Notes under the pieces: generated by a model
Seen by the model: only the letters and a program-made list of their open reading frames with translations
Databases searched by the model: none
Told to the model about the DNA's origin: nothing
Position numbers and translations under genes: made by a program
Shown: positions 41,792 through 52,648 of the stretch, in pieces
Layout: each line of letters begins with the position of its first letter
Numbering within the stretch: the first letter of the stretch is position 1
Assembly: GCA_963790475.1 (NCBI GenBank)
Contig: CAWBOS010000012.1
Location: 1,152,001 to 1,216,000 of the forward strand
Direction of reading: 5' to 3'
Source of the DNA: an uncultured delta proteobacterium
GTDB lineage: Bacteria; Desulfobacterota; RBG-13-43-22
DNA length: 64,000 nucleotides

Positions 41792-42208
41792 ATGGGAGTA
41801 TTCAGATTCGGCATATCACTTGAGAAGGCTTTGATTGAGAGGTTCGATCGCCTCATAAAGAAGAAAGGTTATGCAAACCGGAGCGAGGCGATCAGAGACC
41901 TCATCAGAGACAGTCTGGTCACAGAGGAATGGGAATCGTTAAGCGACGAAACCGTGGGAATCATAACCCTGGTCTATTCCCACGACACCAGAGAACTCAC
42001 GGATAACCTTACCGACTTTCAGCATCTTTACCACAACTCGATAATTTCGGCGATGCATATACATCTCGATGAGCATAATTGTCTCGAAGCTATAGTAGTT
42101 AAAGGCAAAGCGATGGATATCAAGATAATCGCAGACAGGTTGATCGGTACAAAAGGAGTGAAACACGGCAAGCTCCTAGTGACAACTACTGGGAAACATT
42201 TGAAATAA
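41792..42208 (+). CDS. nikR: Nickel-responsive regulator
   Basis: [39 protein letters not shown]. Confidence 0.96.
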   Translation: MGVFRFGISLEKALIERFDRLIKKKGYANRSEAIRDLIRDSLVTEEWESLSDETVGIITLVYSHDTRELTDNLTDFQHLYHNSIISAMHIHLDEHNCLEAIVVKGKAMDIKIIADRLIGTKGVKHGKLLVTTTGKHLK

Positions 42209-42224
42209 TTTTTTTTACGCAAAA

Positions 42225-42251
42225 GTGGCACGATTATTATAATTGTAGCAC
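42225..42251. promoter_or_regulatory. Second NikR-type site upstream of the transporter operon
   Basis: GTGGCAC-N13-GTAGCAC. Confidence 0.6.
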
Positions 42252-42312
42252 CATAATCGGTAAGACACTACAAACAGTAGAATGGAAAGGAGACCGTCTG
42301 AACAAATTCATC

Positions 42313-43065
42313 ATGTCGTGTATGTTTTCTGTAATTGTGTCCTCAGCCCTTTGCTCAGTGTCTTTCGCTTCCCATCCGCTTATCACTGACGATGCCGGAA
42401 CTCAGGGAAAAGGGAAGTTCCAGTTGGAAGTAAACGGGGGGTATGGACAGGATGAAGATGAAGGAGTCACTACCAAAACTACCCAGATTTTGACTATGCT
42501 CACCTATGGCCTGTCAGACCCCGTAGACATCATAATCGGTCTTCCCTATGAGCACACACGGGTCGAGGATTCCGGCACAGTGACCAGGCAAGATGGAATC
42601 TCTGATATGTCTCTTGAAATGAAGTGGCGGTTTTACAAAAAGGACGGACTCAGTTTTGCTCTCAAGCCCGGCATTACCTTTCCGGCCGGCGACGACGAGA
42701 AAGGGTTGGGATCAGGGAGAGTGACCTATCACCTTTTTTTCATCGGGACCAAGGAGATAAAGCCATGGGCGTTTCATCTCAACCTCGGCTATATCAGGAA
42801 CGAAAACAAGCTCGATGAAGATAAGGACCTGTGGCACGGATCTCTTGCCTCAACGGTTGAAGTAAGAAAAAACCTCAAGTTTGTCGGGAATATCGGCCTG
42901 GAGAGAAACACAGACAGGAACCTCAATATTCCGAACGCATTTATTCTTGGAGGCTTCATCTATTCTCTATTAGAGAATTTCGATATCGATTTCGGAGTCA
43001 AAGGCGGATTGACAAAGCCCGAGGAGGATTATACTATCCTAGCGGGTATCACCTGGAGGTTTTAA
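42313..43065 (+). CDS. Outer-membrane beta-barrel transporter (MetA-pathway/phenol degradation family)
   Basis: HPLITDDAGTQGKG, DMSLEMKWRF, PAGD..GLGSG, terminal ITWRF. Confidence 0.8.
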   Translation: MSCMFSVIVSSALCSVSFASHPLITDDAGTQGKGKFQLEVNGGYGQDEDEGVTTKTTQILTMLTYGLSDPVDIIIGLPYEHTRVEDSGTVTRQDGISDMSLEMKWRFYKKDGLSFALKPGITFPAGDDEKGLGSGRVTYHLFFIGTKEIKPWAFHLNLGYIRNENKLDEDKDLWHGSLASTVEVRKNLKFVGNIGLERNTDRNLNIPNAFILGGFIYSLLENFDIDFGVKGGLTKPEEDYTILAGITWRF

Positions 43066-43752
43066 ATGCATATACCTGACGGTTACCTGAGTCCTCAAAC
43101 GTATGTGCCCCTCTTCGGGGCGTCTTTTGTGTTCTGGTCTGTTGCCCTTAAGAAGATGAATAAAGAGCTTTCCATGAAACACATCCCCTATCTGGCTATG
43201 TCAGCGGCTTTTTCTTTTCTTATAATGATGTTTAATGTGCCTATCCCGGGGGGAACCACGGGCCATGCGGTCGGCGGCGGGATTATCGCGATTCTGCTTG
43301 GGCCGTGGACGGCGGTCATAGCCGTATCTGTCAGCCTGATCATTCAGGCCATAGTCTTTGGCGACGGCGGAATAACCGCGATAGGGGCAAACTGCTTTAA
43401 CATGGCGGTGGTCATGCCCTTCGTCTCTTATTGGGTGTTCAGACTTATAAAAGGGAATGCCGATGGCGGCGCAAGGTTATCGATCGCAGCCTTTCTCTCC
43501 GGTTATGTCGGTCTTTCTGTCGCCGCGGTCTTTACCGGGGTCGAATTCGGAATTCAACCAATGCTGGCAACCGGTCCCGACGGAAGACCCCTCTATGCTC
43601 CTTACCCGCTGTCTGTGGCTCTTCCGGCCATGGTCCTGGAGCATTTGCTGATATTCAGCATCGTTGAGGGGGTAGTAACCGTATTGTTATTTCGATATTT
43701 TGCAAGGCATGAGCCAGGGCTGGTCTATGCCTTGAAAGCAAAGGAGGCCTAA
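43066..43752 (+). CDS. cbiM: Ni/Co ECF transporter S component
   Basis: MHIPDGYL, GGTTGHAVG, FGDGGITAIGAN. Confidence 0.93.
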   Translation: MHIPDGYLSPQTYVPLFGASFVFWSVALKKMNKELSMKHIPYLAMSAAFSFLIMMFNVPIPGGTTGHAVGGGIIAILLGPWTAVIAVSVSLIIQAIVFGDGGITAIGANCFNMAVVMPFVSYWVFRLIKGNADGGARLSIAAFLSGYVGLSVAAVFTGVEFGIQPMLATGPDGRPLYAPYPLSVALPAMVLEHLLIFSIVEGVVTVLLFRYFARHEPGLVYALKAKEA

Positions 43753-43753
43753 G

Positions 43754-44089
43754 ATGACAAAATCTCAGAAGAAACTCTGGATAGGCCTGCTTATTCTAAC
43801 CCTGCTTACCCCGTTGGGGATCATCCTCCCTGAAAAATTTAAAGCAGGAGGGGCATGGGGTGAATGGGGACCGGAAGAACTTAAGAAGCTTATCGGTTAT
43901 ATGCCGGAAGGATTAAAGAGATTATCTGATCTCTGGAAAGCACCGGTCCCCGACTATAACTTCGGCGGAGAAGGAGCTTCCCTGACTAGCCAGGTAATAT
44001 CTTATATAGTTTCCGGACTTATCGGGATCCTGGCGGTCGGAATTGTTATCTACCTGATTTCAAAGGTTGTTGTAAGGAATGAAAAATAA
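43754..44089 (+). CDS. Ni/Co ECF transporter accessory subunit (NikN/PDGLE type)
   Basis: LTPLG, AWGEWG, APVPDY. Confidence 0.85.
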   Translation: MTKSQKKLWIGLLILTLLTPLGIILPEKFKAGGAWGEWGPEELKKLIGYMPEGLKRLSDLWKAPVPDYNFGGEGASLTSQVISYIVSGLIGILAVGIVIYLISKVVVRNEK

Positions 44090-45006
44090 GGTCCCCTCAT
44101 TCCTTACTGGAAAGGCCTTCCTCTGACTCTTTTATTCAGGGCAAGGGGGGCCTGAAGATATCTTTTATCGAGCAGGGCATTCATCACCTGGCGGAGGTCA
44201 TCAAGACCGGATACGTCCAGGGACGAACATCATCGGGCGATAATTTCTTTCATAAGATCGACGCCAGAGTAAAAGTCCTCTTTCTCCTCTTTTATGTAAT
44301 TATCGTCAGCTTAAAAAAAGATATCCAATCGGAATTTTTGATTGGGACCTTTGTCTTCGTGTTGACGTTGTTGTCGCGCCTGGATATTTTCAGTCTTTAT
44401 AAGCGTGTCCTTTTCTTTGCCTTTATCTTCGGTTTTCTCATTGCTCTTCCCTCTGCTCTCAACATCATCACCAAGGGTGAAATTATTCTCCCGATACTGC
44501 ACCTTTCCAAATCCTATCGGTTCTGGATCTATCAGATACCTGAAGAGATCGGCTTCACCAGGGAAGGGGTGTATGGCGTTCTGATACTCACCTCGAGGGT
44601 TCTGAACTCTCTGGCCCTTTCATTCTTTGTTTTGTATACAACAACCTTCACTGAGATAATAAAGGCCCTCAAGGTGTTGAAGGTCCCCGACAGCTTTCTT
44701 ATGATCGTGACCCTATCTTACAAATATGTGTTCATCTTCGCCAAGACGATTGAAGATATGCACTTGGCTAAGAAAAGCCGATTGGCCGGAAAAGTTAGCA
44801 ATGCCGAGGCCAGGCGATGGATCGCCGGAAGGCTGGCCTTCATGTTCAAAAAGAGCCGCTTGCGCTGTGAAGAGATTTTCAAGGCGATGCTCGGCAGAGG
44901 TTATTCAAACAACGTAAAGATCTTCGGGGTCAAGAAGCTCCAGGCCCGCGATTGGATCGCGGGCGCCGTCCTTTTTCTGGTTGGGGTTCTCTTTTTATGG
45001 ATATGA
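44079..45006 (+). CDS. cbiQ: ECF transporter T component, frameshift near 44105
   Basis: IDARVK, ALKVLKVP, YKYVF, AKKSR, AMLGRGY. Confidence 0.85.
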
Positions 45007-45007
45007 G

Positions 45008-45823
45008 GTGAACTTGAAAGACATTATACGCTTTGAAGGAATAAGTTACAGCTACTACGATATAGTTCCCGCCCTGTGTGATATCAATCTTTCAATCAGA
45101 GAAGGAGAGAGATTTGCTATTATCGGCGCAAACGGAAGCGGCAAGTCAACCCTCCTGCAGATCATGAACGGCCTTATCGGTCAATCAAAGGGGAAATATT
45201 TTTTCAGAGGGAATGAGGTATCAGAACAGACTTTAAAAGATAAGGGGTTTCTACGGTTCTTCAGAGAGCGGGTGGGGTATGTTTTTCAGGACTCTGACGT
45301 GCAACTGTTCTGTCCGACTGTTCTGGATGAGCTTCTTTATGGACCCCTTCAGTTGGAGATCGAAGAAAAAGAAGCCCTGGATAGGGCTTTTGAGGTAATG
45401 CGGATTCTGAACATTGAAAACTTGAAAGACAGACCTTCCACCATGCTCTCCGGAGGAGAGAAAAAGAGGGTCACCATTGGTTCGGTTCTCACGATGAATC
45501 CGGAGATATTGCTTCTTGATGAGCCGACAAGCGGACTGGACCCCAGGACCCAGGTTTTTCTCGTCGAGCTGATGCTGGCCTTAAGTGATGCCGGCAAGAC
45601 TCTGGTGATGGCGACCCATGACCTTTCGCTGGTCGATGAGCTGCATATGCAGGTTGCTCTCCTGTCAGAGGAACATAGGATTGTGAAGATCGCCTCTTCT
45701 GACGAAATACTGAAAGATGAAGATTTGCTACTCAATGCAAATCTCATTCACGAACATGTTCACTATCATGGTCAGGCCATCCATAAGCATAGGCATTCTC
45801 ATTTCTTGTTTCACAAGCATTGA
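45008..45823 (+). CDS. cbiO: ECF transporter ATPase with His-rich tail
   Basis: GANGSGKST, LSGGEKKR, LLLDEPT, HEHVHYH. Confidence 0.92.
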   Translation: MNLKDIIRFEGISYSYYDIVPALCDINLSIREGERFAIIGANGSGKSTLLQIMNGLIGQSKGKYFFRGNEVSEQTLKDKGFLRFFRERVGYVFQDSDVQLFCPTVLDELLYGPLQLEIEEKEALDRAFEVMRILNIENLKDRPSTMLSGGEKKRVTIGSVLTMNPEILLLDEPTSGLDPRTQVFLVELMLALSDAGKTLVMATHDLSLVDELHMQVALLSEEHRIVKIASSDEILKDEDLLLNANLIHEHVHYHGQAIHKHRHSHFLFHKH

Positions 45824-46142
45824 AAAACGGATTTCGCTTACTCGATGAAAACGACTTCTTCACCTCCACCCCCCGAGTCAGGTGCATCAAAAATCTTTGC
45901 TTAACACTACGGCCCATAAAATAGGAGAAGCCCTGAAGTTCTTCAGGGTTCACCATGCCTCAAGCGTTCATGGCCCTTTATAGTGAAGGATAAATCAAAT
46001 GGGCCTGATGTCAAAAAAATAATGGATTCCGATAAGGGTTGGGTCCTATATCCCGTGGTTGTCTTTTCTCCTTTACACCAATTGCTTTTTATGATAAATT
46101 AGCACATTTAAGTATCTTTTGGGGAGGCGATTTTATTTCACC

Positions 46143-47204
46143 ATGCCGAATTCGATAATTACGGGAACAGGAAGCTATATTCCGACGTTAAATATTGACA
46201 ATGAGTATTTCCTTGGGCATGAATTTTACGGGGCCAATGGGAAAAAAAATGAAAAGTCGAACTTAGACATTATCCGCAAATTCAATGAAATAACCTGTAT
46301 CAATGAACGAAGGTATGTGACCGACGATCTTGACACATCGGAAATCGCCTTCATTTCCGCTGAACAAGCGCTGGAGGGGGTGGACAGGGAAACGCTTGAT
46401 TACATTATCGTCGGACATAATTTTGGAGAATTGAGGGCCGATAATCCGAGATCGGACATGGTTCCTTCCGTCGCTGCCCGCGTAAAGCATAAGCTGAGGA
46501 TAAAGAATCCCTTTACCGTTGCCTATGATGTCCTCTTTGGCTGTCCCGGCTGGCTGCAGGGCATGATCATGGCTGATTATTATATCAGATCGGGTGAAGC
46601 AAAAAAGATCCTGGTAATCGGAGCGGAGACCCTTTCCCGGGTTTCAGACCCCCACGACATAGACAGCATGATCTATTCCGACGGCGCCGGGGCTACCCTG
46701 GTTGAAGCCACAGACCGAAAAGTGGGAATATTATCCCATGTAACCCGATCTGACACTTTTAACGAAGCCTATCTGTTGCGGCTTGGACAATCCTACGGCC
46801 CAGAATATGTCGATAACAGGCTGTTTCTCAAGATGGATGGTCATGAGATTTACAAGTATGCCGTCAGGAATGTGGCCGATGCCGTAAAACAGAGTCTCGA
46901 CAAAGCGGGTCTTTCCTTAAGCGACGTTAAGAAAGTTTTGATACACCAGGCCAATCAAAAGATGGATGAAGCGATTTTGAAAAGAGTGCTCAAGCTATAT
47001 CAAATGGAAAAAAATCCGGAAGAAATTATGCCCATGACGATTTCCTGGCTGGGTAACAGCTCGGTAGCCACCTTGCCTACGCTATTTGATCTGTTGCAGA
47101 GGGGAAAACTGAATAATCATATCCTTCATCCAGGGGATATCGCTGTTTTTGCATCTGTAGGGGCAGGCATGAACATTAATTCAATGGTCTATAAAATGCC
47201 TTGA
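46143..47204 (+). CDS. fabH: 3-oxoacyl-ACP synthase III
   Basis: ITGTGSYIP, FGCPGW, HQAN, GNSSVAT, SVGAG. Confidence 0.9.
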   Translation: MPNSIITGTGSYIPTLNIDNEYFLGHEFYGANGKKNEKSNLDIIRKFNEITCINERRYVTDDLDTSEIAFISAEQALEGVDRETLDYIIVGHNFGELRADNPRSDMVPSVAARVKHKLRIKNPFTVAYDVLFGCPGWLQGMIMADYYIRSGEAKKILVIGAETLSRVSDPHDIDSMIYSDGAGATLVEATDRKVGILSHVTRSDTFNEAYLLRLGQSYGPEYVDNRLFLKMDGHEIYKYAVRNVADAVKQSLDKAGLSLSDVKKVLIHQANQKMDEAILKRVLKLYQMEKNPEEIMPMTISWLGNSSVATLPTLFDLLQRGKLNNHILHPGDIAVFASVGAGMNINSMVYKMP

Positions 47205-47329
47205 AGCCGAGAAACCAGGGGGATTGCTTCGTCACTGTCCTCTTCGCCAGGACAGACTAAAAAACTTCTAATTAGTTAGGAGTTCAATTTTATCGTATCG
47301 TTCCAATAAGGAACTGGAGGAATTATCCA

Positions 47330-47542
47330 ATGGCCAATAAATCAAAAGCCACTTTCAGGAAAATGGAAAAGGAAAAGGCCCGGCAGCAAAAGCAGAGAGA
47401 TAAAGAGGCCCGCCGCCTTCAATCGAAAACAACGAATTCAGCGGGATCATCAAAAATCGGGGATGAAGACCCGGACATCGCAGGCATCAGACCTGGCCCT
47501 CAACCCCTGCCTGAGCAGTGGAACGATGGCGAAAAAGAATAA
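47330..47542 (+). CDS. Small basic hypothetical protein
   Basis: GGAGG RBS; TFRKMEKEKARQQK..EDPDIAGIRPGPQP. Confidence 0.75.
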   Translation: MANKSKATFRKMEKEKARQQKQRDKEARRLQSKTTNSAGSSKIGDEDPDIAGIRPGPQPLPEQWNDGEKE

Positions 47543-47548
47543 GGGATA

Positions 47549-47872
47549 TTAAATTTCTTCGGGTCGGGATATCTCCTCTTTTTCCTTTCTCATGGCCTCT
47601 TTCCCGGCATCAAAAGCTGAGGAAAGGATTCCCCTTTTTTGCTCTACAAATTCTTTCCCTTTTTCAATAAAAGTTGCCGCTTTTTCTTTCCATTCTTCGG
47701 AAAGCTGGCCTGATTTTTCCTTAACCTCATCGGTCAGGTCCTTTAACTTTACCCGGGTCTGAGTCCCTTCCCACGGGGCATAGAGAATGGCCATGGCGGC
47801 TCCAGCCAATCCGCCTAAGATAAAAGACAGGACTACCGCACTTCCAGAAAACCCACAGTTTTCATTAGACAT
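47549..47872 (-). CDS. YtxH domain protein
   Basis: FILGGLAGAAMAILYAP.EG..TR. Confidence 0.85.
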   Translation of the reverse strand: MSNENCGFSGSAVVLSFILGGLAGAAMAILYAPWEGTQTRVKLKDLTDEVKEKSGQLSEEWKEKAATFIEKGKEFVEQKRGILSSAFDAGKEAMRKEKEEISRPEEI

Positions 47873-47873
47873 A

Positions 47874-48263
47874 TTATTTTCCTCCTTTTTCTTTTCTTTT
47901 AAACAGGGTTCGCCCGGCAGTTTTTACTCCAACCGCCAAGCCGGCCAGATTCACTAAGGCGGGGGAGATTCCTCCGCGCATGATCCGGTTAATCATGTTA
48001 AAAATTTGCGCCGATTCTTTTAAGGTCTTAAAAAGGCCTTCCAATTGATCCAAACGTTCCCGGGTCTGAGCCAGGATACCATTCATACTTTCGGAAGTTT
48101 CCCTCAAGTTTCGGACCAGGGGGGTGAGCTCTTTTTCCAAGGAATTTAAAAAGGTGTTCAGATTACTAACTGTTCTGGTAACCTGCATCAGAGTCCGGAT
48201 AAGGAAAAAAGCAACCAGTGCCGTCACGACCAGGAATCCCCAGCCTATCCAATTCCAATCCAA
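47874..48263 (-). CDS. DUF948-like membrane-anchored coiled-coil protein
   Basis: N-terminal TM + coiled coil; usual neighbour of YtxH. Confidence 0.75.
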   Translation of the reverse strand: MDWNWIGWGFLVVTALVAFFLIRTLMQVTRTVSNLNTFLNSLEKELTPLVRNLRETSESMNGILAQTRERLDQLEGLFKTLKESAQIFNMINRIMRGGISPALVNLAGLAVGVKTAGRTLFKRKEKGGK

Positions 48264-48466
48264 AATGAAGCCCCCCTTTCAATTTTTTTTATACCTTATC
48301 ATACTATCTTGTGAAAAGCAATTGATTTAACAACCTAATATAACTCTAAGCCAACCCATTTGAAATTTTGGGGAGGGTCAAAGGGGGTCTTGTTTTTGGG
48401 GATTGTTCCATAAGAGGTTAGGGACAACTTCCCTGATGATTTTATAAAAGAATCGAAAAGACTTTC

Positions 48467-49255
48467 TTAAATAGTCTCTATCCTAATCGTTCCCGAGAGG
48501 TAAGGTACCGCTTTGCCACCGATTGAGACCCGATCCCCCTGGTCAAGACAGAATAATTCTCCTCCCCGCTCTGAAAGCTGGAAGGCATGCAATTGCTTCT
48601 TGCCAAGGCGTTCAGACCAATAGGGGATCAAGGAACAGTGGGCGGACCCGGTGACCGGATCTTCCGGAACACCAACCTTGGGGGCGAAAAAACGGGAGAC
48701 AAAGTCGCTGTTCTTGCCTGGTGCGGTGACAATCACCGCAAAGGGTTCCAGGGCCGCCACTCTTGCCAAATCGGGTTGCAGCCTGCGGACTTGACCCTCT
48801 TCTTCATAGACGACTACCAAGTCTCTGGCGCGGAGAGTCTGCACCGAAGGAATTCCCAATATCTCGCCCAAATGGTCCGGAGGCGGACAAGGCTCCGGCC
48901 TCCTGGAAGGGAAATCCATGGTCAATAAATCTCCCTGCAGTTTGACCGACAGTAACCCACTCTTGGTTTGAAAGTCCACCCGCCTGGCTTGAGGGGTGAT
49001 GTATTCAAATACGGCAAAGGCGCTGGCCAGGGTCGCGTGTCCGCACAGATCAACTTCCAACTTCGGGGTGAACCAGCGCAGCTCATAGAAGCTGCCGGCC
49101 GGGACCAGGAAAGCAGTTTCCGAAAGGTTGTTCTCGGCGGCGATGGATTGAAGTATAGTGTCCTCCAACCATCGATCCAATAAACATACCCCGGCCGGAT
49201 TTCCGGCAAAAACCCGATCTGTAAAAGCATCAATTTGATAAAATGGAATATCCAT
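48467..49255 (-). CDS. PhzF family isomerase
   Basis: QIDAFT..GNPAGV, LSETAF, EVDLCGHATLA, EDPVTGSAHC. Confidence 0.95.
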   Translation of the reverse strand: MDIPFYQIDAFTDRVFAGNPAGVCLLDRWLEDTILQSIAAENNLSETAFLVPAGSFYELRWFTPKLEVDLCGHATLASAFAVFEYITPQARRVDFQTKSGLLSVKLQGDLLTMDFPSRRPEPCPPPDHLGEILGIPSVQTLRARDLVVVYEEEGQVRRLQPDLARVAALEPFAVIVTAPGKNSDFVSRFFAPKVGVPEDPVTGSAHCSLIPYWSERLGKKQLHAFQLSERGGELFCLDQGDRVSIGGKAVPYLSGTIRIETI

Positions 49256-49328
49256 GTTTTATTCTCCTTTCCGTTTGGGGACCCGTATCCCCTTCGCCTT
49301 TAGGATATAATAATTTATTATAAGTCAA

Positions 49329-49876
49329 CTATTTCTTGGCTTCAACATAGGAAGCAAATAACCTATCCATGCTTGATTTAACCATCTGATGTTTGTTCAG
49401 GGTTGCCTCCAGCAGTTCATCGAAAACAAAGAGAAGGTGCTCATCCAAAATGTTCAAACCCTCTTCGGTGATCCCGCCTTTGGTGGCTACCCGGGCTATC
49501 AATTCATCCAATCCCCTCTTCTTCTCCTGGAGCAGCCGTGCTGTTCCCAGATAGGTTATCAAGACCATTTCTTCGACTCCCTGTTGCGAAAACCGGCTCT
49601 GTTTTAATCCGGCCTGTACAAAATGCCTGAGGATGGAGGCAAAAAAGGCCGGGGCGCAGCTGGTTAAATGCGCCCCGATCTCAAAATGATCTTCAGGGAT
49701 GACCTTGACGATTCCTAAACTTGGACCTCTGGAAACAAGGAGACCAGACCTTTGATTCTTTCTTTCGTTCGGGTAGAGATCAGGACTTCCTGCTGTGAGA
49801 AAGCGCCAAAATCCAAAAGTCCTTTCAGCAAGGAACCCCCCAAACTTCCCAAGCCGATAAAACCAATTTTTTCCAT
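49329..49876 (-). pseudogene. Pyrroline-5-carboxylate reductase/ComER-like gene with internal deletion
   Basis: KIGFIGLGSLG N-terminus, then out-of-frame LTSCAPAF and RVATKGGITEEG; central part missing. Confidence 0.75.
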
Positions 49877-49966
49877 TGCCCCTCCTCTTTGGGCCATCCC
49901 GAAATCTGATGGAATCAGTATAAATCCATTGCCGAATAATAACAGATGCAATATTATAAAATTGTT

Positions 49967-50002
49967 ACCAGTACAGTTATATTTTTTATAAACTGTATTG
50001 GT
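49967..50002. promoter_or_regulatory. Palindromic operator, probably for the MocR regulator
   Basis: accagtacagtt-atattttttata-aactgtattggt inverted repeat between divergent genes. Confidence 0.6.
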
Positions 50003-50078
50003 TTAAAAATCAGACCACTGTATCTTTGGGAAAGAATTAGTCGGCACTATAATGGGCCTTAGTGAGGGACCGTCATTT

Positions 50079-51509
50079 ATGAAAAATAAGGAATTCAATC
50101 TTTACGAAAAAGTGGCCGCCAATATGGCCCGGCTGATAGACCAGGGCACCTTTCGGCCCGGAGATCGCATCCCTTCCATCCGAGGTCTCAGCCGCCGGAA
50201 GAAGGTCAGTATAAGCACGGTCATGGAAGCTTATCGCCTTCTCGAAGATCGTGAGTTGATCGAAGCCCGTCCCCAGTCGGGTTATTATGTGCGCCGTTTG
50301 TATCACCAGACCCTCATTGAACCAAAACCGACTAAACCGGAGAAAAGTCCGACCACCGTCAGTGTTGATGAGTTGGTCAGGATGGTGATACGAGACAGCC
50401 GGAACCGGAATCTTGTTCCCCTGGGTGCGGCCGTTCCCAATCCTGAAAATCTGCCCGTTGGCAAGTTGAACCGAATCCTGGCCTCCGTGGTCCGGCAAAA
50501 AGGTTCCCAGAGCATTTCCTATGAGATGTCCAACGGCTTCGAGGACCTCCGAGTTCAGATTGCCCGGCGTTTATTCTCTTCCGGGTGCTCATTAAACCCC
50601 CGGGAGATATTGATCACCTCCAGGATGACAGGAAGCGGTTACGCTCTCTCTGATGGCTGTCTGCCGCCCGGGAGACACGGTGGCCATAGAATCCCCGACC
50701 TATTTTAATCATCTCCAAATGTTGGAGGTACTTCGGCGCAAGGCCATAGAAATCCCGACCCACCCCCGTTATGGAATCAGCCTGGAGGCCTTGGGGACAG
50801 TTTTGAAAAAGAACAGGATACGGGCTTGCCTGCTTATCCCCAATTTCAGCAATCCTCTGGGAAGCCTGATGCCCGATTACCGGAAACAGGCACTGGTTAA
50901 AATGCTCGCCCAAAATGACCTTCCCCTCATCGAAGATGACATTTACGGGGATCTTGGTTTTTCTCCGGAAAGGCCAAGAGTGGTCAAAGCCTTTGATAAA
51001 GAAGGACTGGTGCTTCTGTGCTCTTCTTTTTCCAAGACCCTGGCCCCGGGATACCGGATAGGCTGGGTTACCCCGGGACGTTTCCAAACGGAGATAGAAC
51101 GATTGAAATCGGCCTGCACCATCGCCACAGCCACGGTCCCTCAGATGGCCATTGCCGAATTTTTAGTCAATGGGGGTTATGATCATCACCTCAGAAAAAT
51201 CCGAAGGATTTATATGCGGCAGATCTGGTCGATGACCCAGGCGGTAGGGAAATTTTTCCCCCCCGGAACCAAGGTAACCCGGCCGCGGAGGATTTGTGCT
51301 TTGGGTGGAATTACCGGAATATGCCGATGCCCGGAAGCTTTACGAACTGGCGCTGAAGGCCGGGATCACCATTGCCCCCGGCTCCCATCTTTTCCGTCAG
51401 GCAGGGATATCCGAATTATATCCGTCTGAATGCCGCCTTCTGGTCGGATAAAATCGAAAAGGCCCTGGCCACCTTGGGAGGGCTGGTGGAGACGATGAAG
51501 CCTGCCTGA
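50079..51509 (+). CDS. MocR/GntR-family PLP-dependent regulator, frameshifts near 50620, 51285 and about 51385
   Basis: LYEKVA..PGDRIPSIR..EARPQSGYYV, ESPTY, PNFSNPLG, IEDDIYGDL, SFSKTLAPGYRIGW. Confidence 0.9.
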
Positions 51510-51577
51510 GCCTGTACTAAAATCCCTTTTTTTCTCCTTAACTTCTCTTCAATCTTTTTGATCCCAATATTATATGA

Positions 51578-51798
51578 AAATAGGTTTAAAAAAAGGGATG
51601 CCCTGGGATGAGCCGAGATAAGGCGGGATATCTTATTTAAATTAAAGGATATTTGAATGACTTTAAAATATAGTTTAGGTTTTAGTTAAAACCTTAAAAA
51701 TTCCATTTTCCCCACCCTATAGAATGAAACTCATAAAACAAAATTAATAAATATTTCTATATATTATAATTGGTCTTAATGGAAACCTATTTGCAATT
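51578..51798. repeat. Left-end candidate transposase-binding boxes
   Basis: AAATAGGTTT at 51578-51587 (inverted) and GAAACCTATTTGCAATT at 51782-51798, identical to 61131-61147. Confidence 0.7.
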
Positions 51799-52011
51799 GG
51801 CTTATTAGAGGGTCAAATTTTCAAGTTAAAAATATATAATGAGGGTCATTGTCATTAAGTATCTATAATTTCATAAAAATTTTTCTGATACACAATACCA
51901 AAAGCGAAAACAATGAGGTTCACCAGAGGTTCATCATTTTTTTTATTTTTCCCTTGCAAAAACGTTTTTAATGGTGTATTAATATGAGGTACGATAGGAT
52001 CATATTTCATA

Positions 52012-52599
52012 ATGATTGATATTTATAGCAATCGAGATCTCGTTAAATGGTTCAAGATGAGCCCTAGTCAGGCCATTCACTGGACCGAGCGCGGCCTAAT
52101 AAGCTTCGTCGTAGATTCAAGAGGTAGAGGATCACAAAGAGGATATGATATTCAGGGAGTTTTCCAGGCTGGCATCGTTAAATCATTATTTGATATGGGG
52201 CTAAGTCTTCATATGGTGAAGAGTATTATGGCTCAACTTGTAAGGCACGAAAAACTCGAAAATATCATGGATCAATTAGATAAACCTCGTCATGATTTGG
52301 TAGAAATTATAGAAAAAGGTCCCATTGGGGTTTTGTTGTATTATCTCATGAAAGATGGGCCTGGAAGATTATTCATCTCCCTTCGTCCCGTTCGAGACGT
52401 TCTCTCGGGCTTTACCGAAGATAGTTTACCCAATGAAGGAATTTCGAATATTAGCGGCTTTATTTTTTTGGACCTGGGGTCAATCTGGTGGCGGGTTCAT
52501 AGAGAGGCTCTTAAGGTTCCACGGAAGGAAACGCTCACTGATCTGGCTGGCGAATGGGAGCACTCAACCGAGAATATACCTACTATTAAAAAGAAATAA
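52012..52599 (+). CDS. MerR-type HTH regulator
   Basis: YSNRDLVKWF..IHWTERGLI..GRGSQRGYD..LFDMGLSL. Confidence 0.75.
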   Translation: MIDIYSNRDLVKWFKMSPSQAIHWTERGLISFVVDSRGRGSQRGYDIQGVFQAGIVKSLFDMGLSLHMVKSIMAQLVRHEKLENIMDQLDKPRHDLVEIIEKGPIGVLLYYLMKDGPGRLFISLRPVRDVLSGFTEDSLPNEGISNISGFIFLDLGSIWWRVHREALKVPRKETLTDLAGEWEHSTENIPTIKKK

Positions 52600-52648
52600 A
52601 TTTTTTTGGTGATCATGATATATAATACGATCATATGTCACACTTTAA

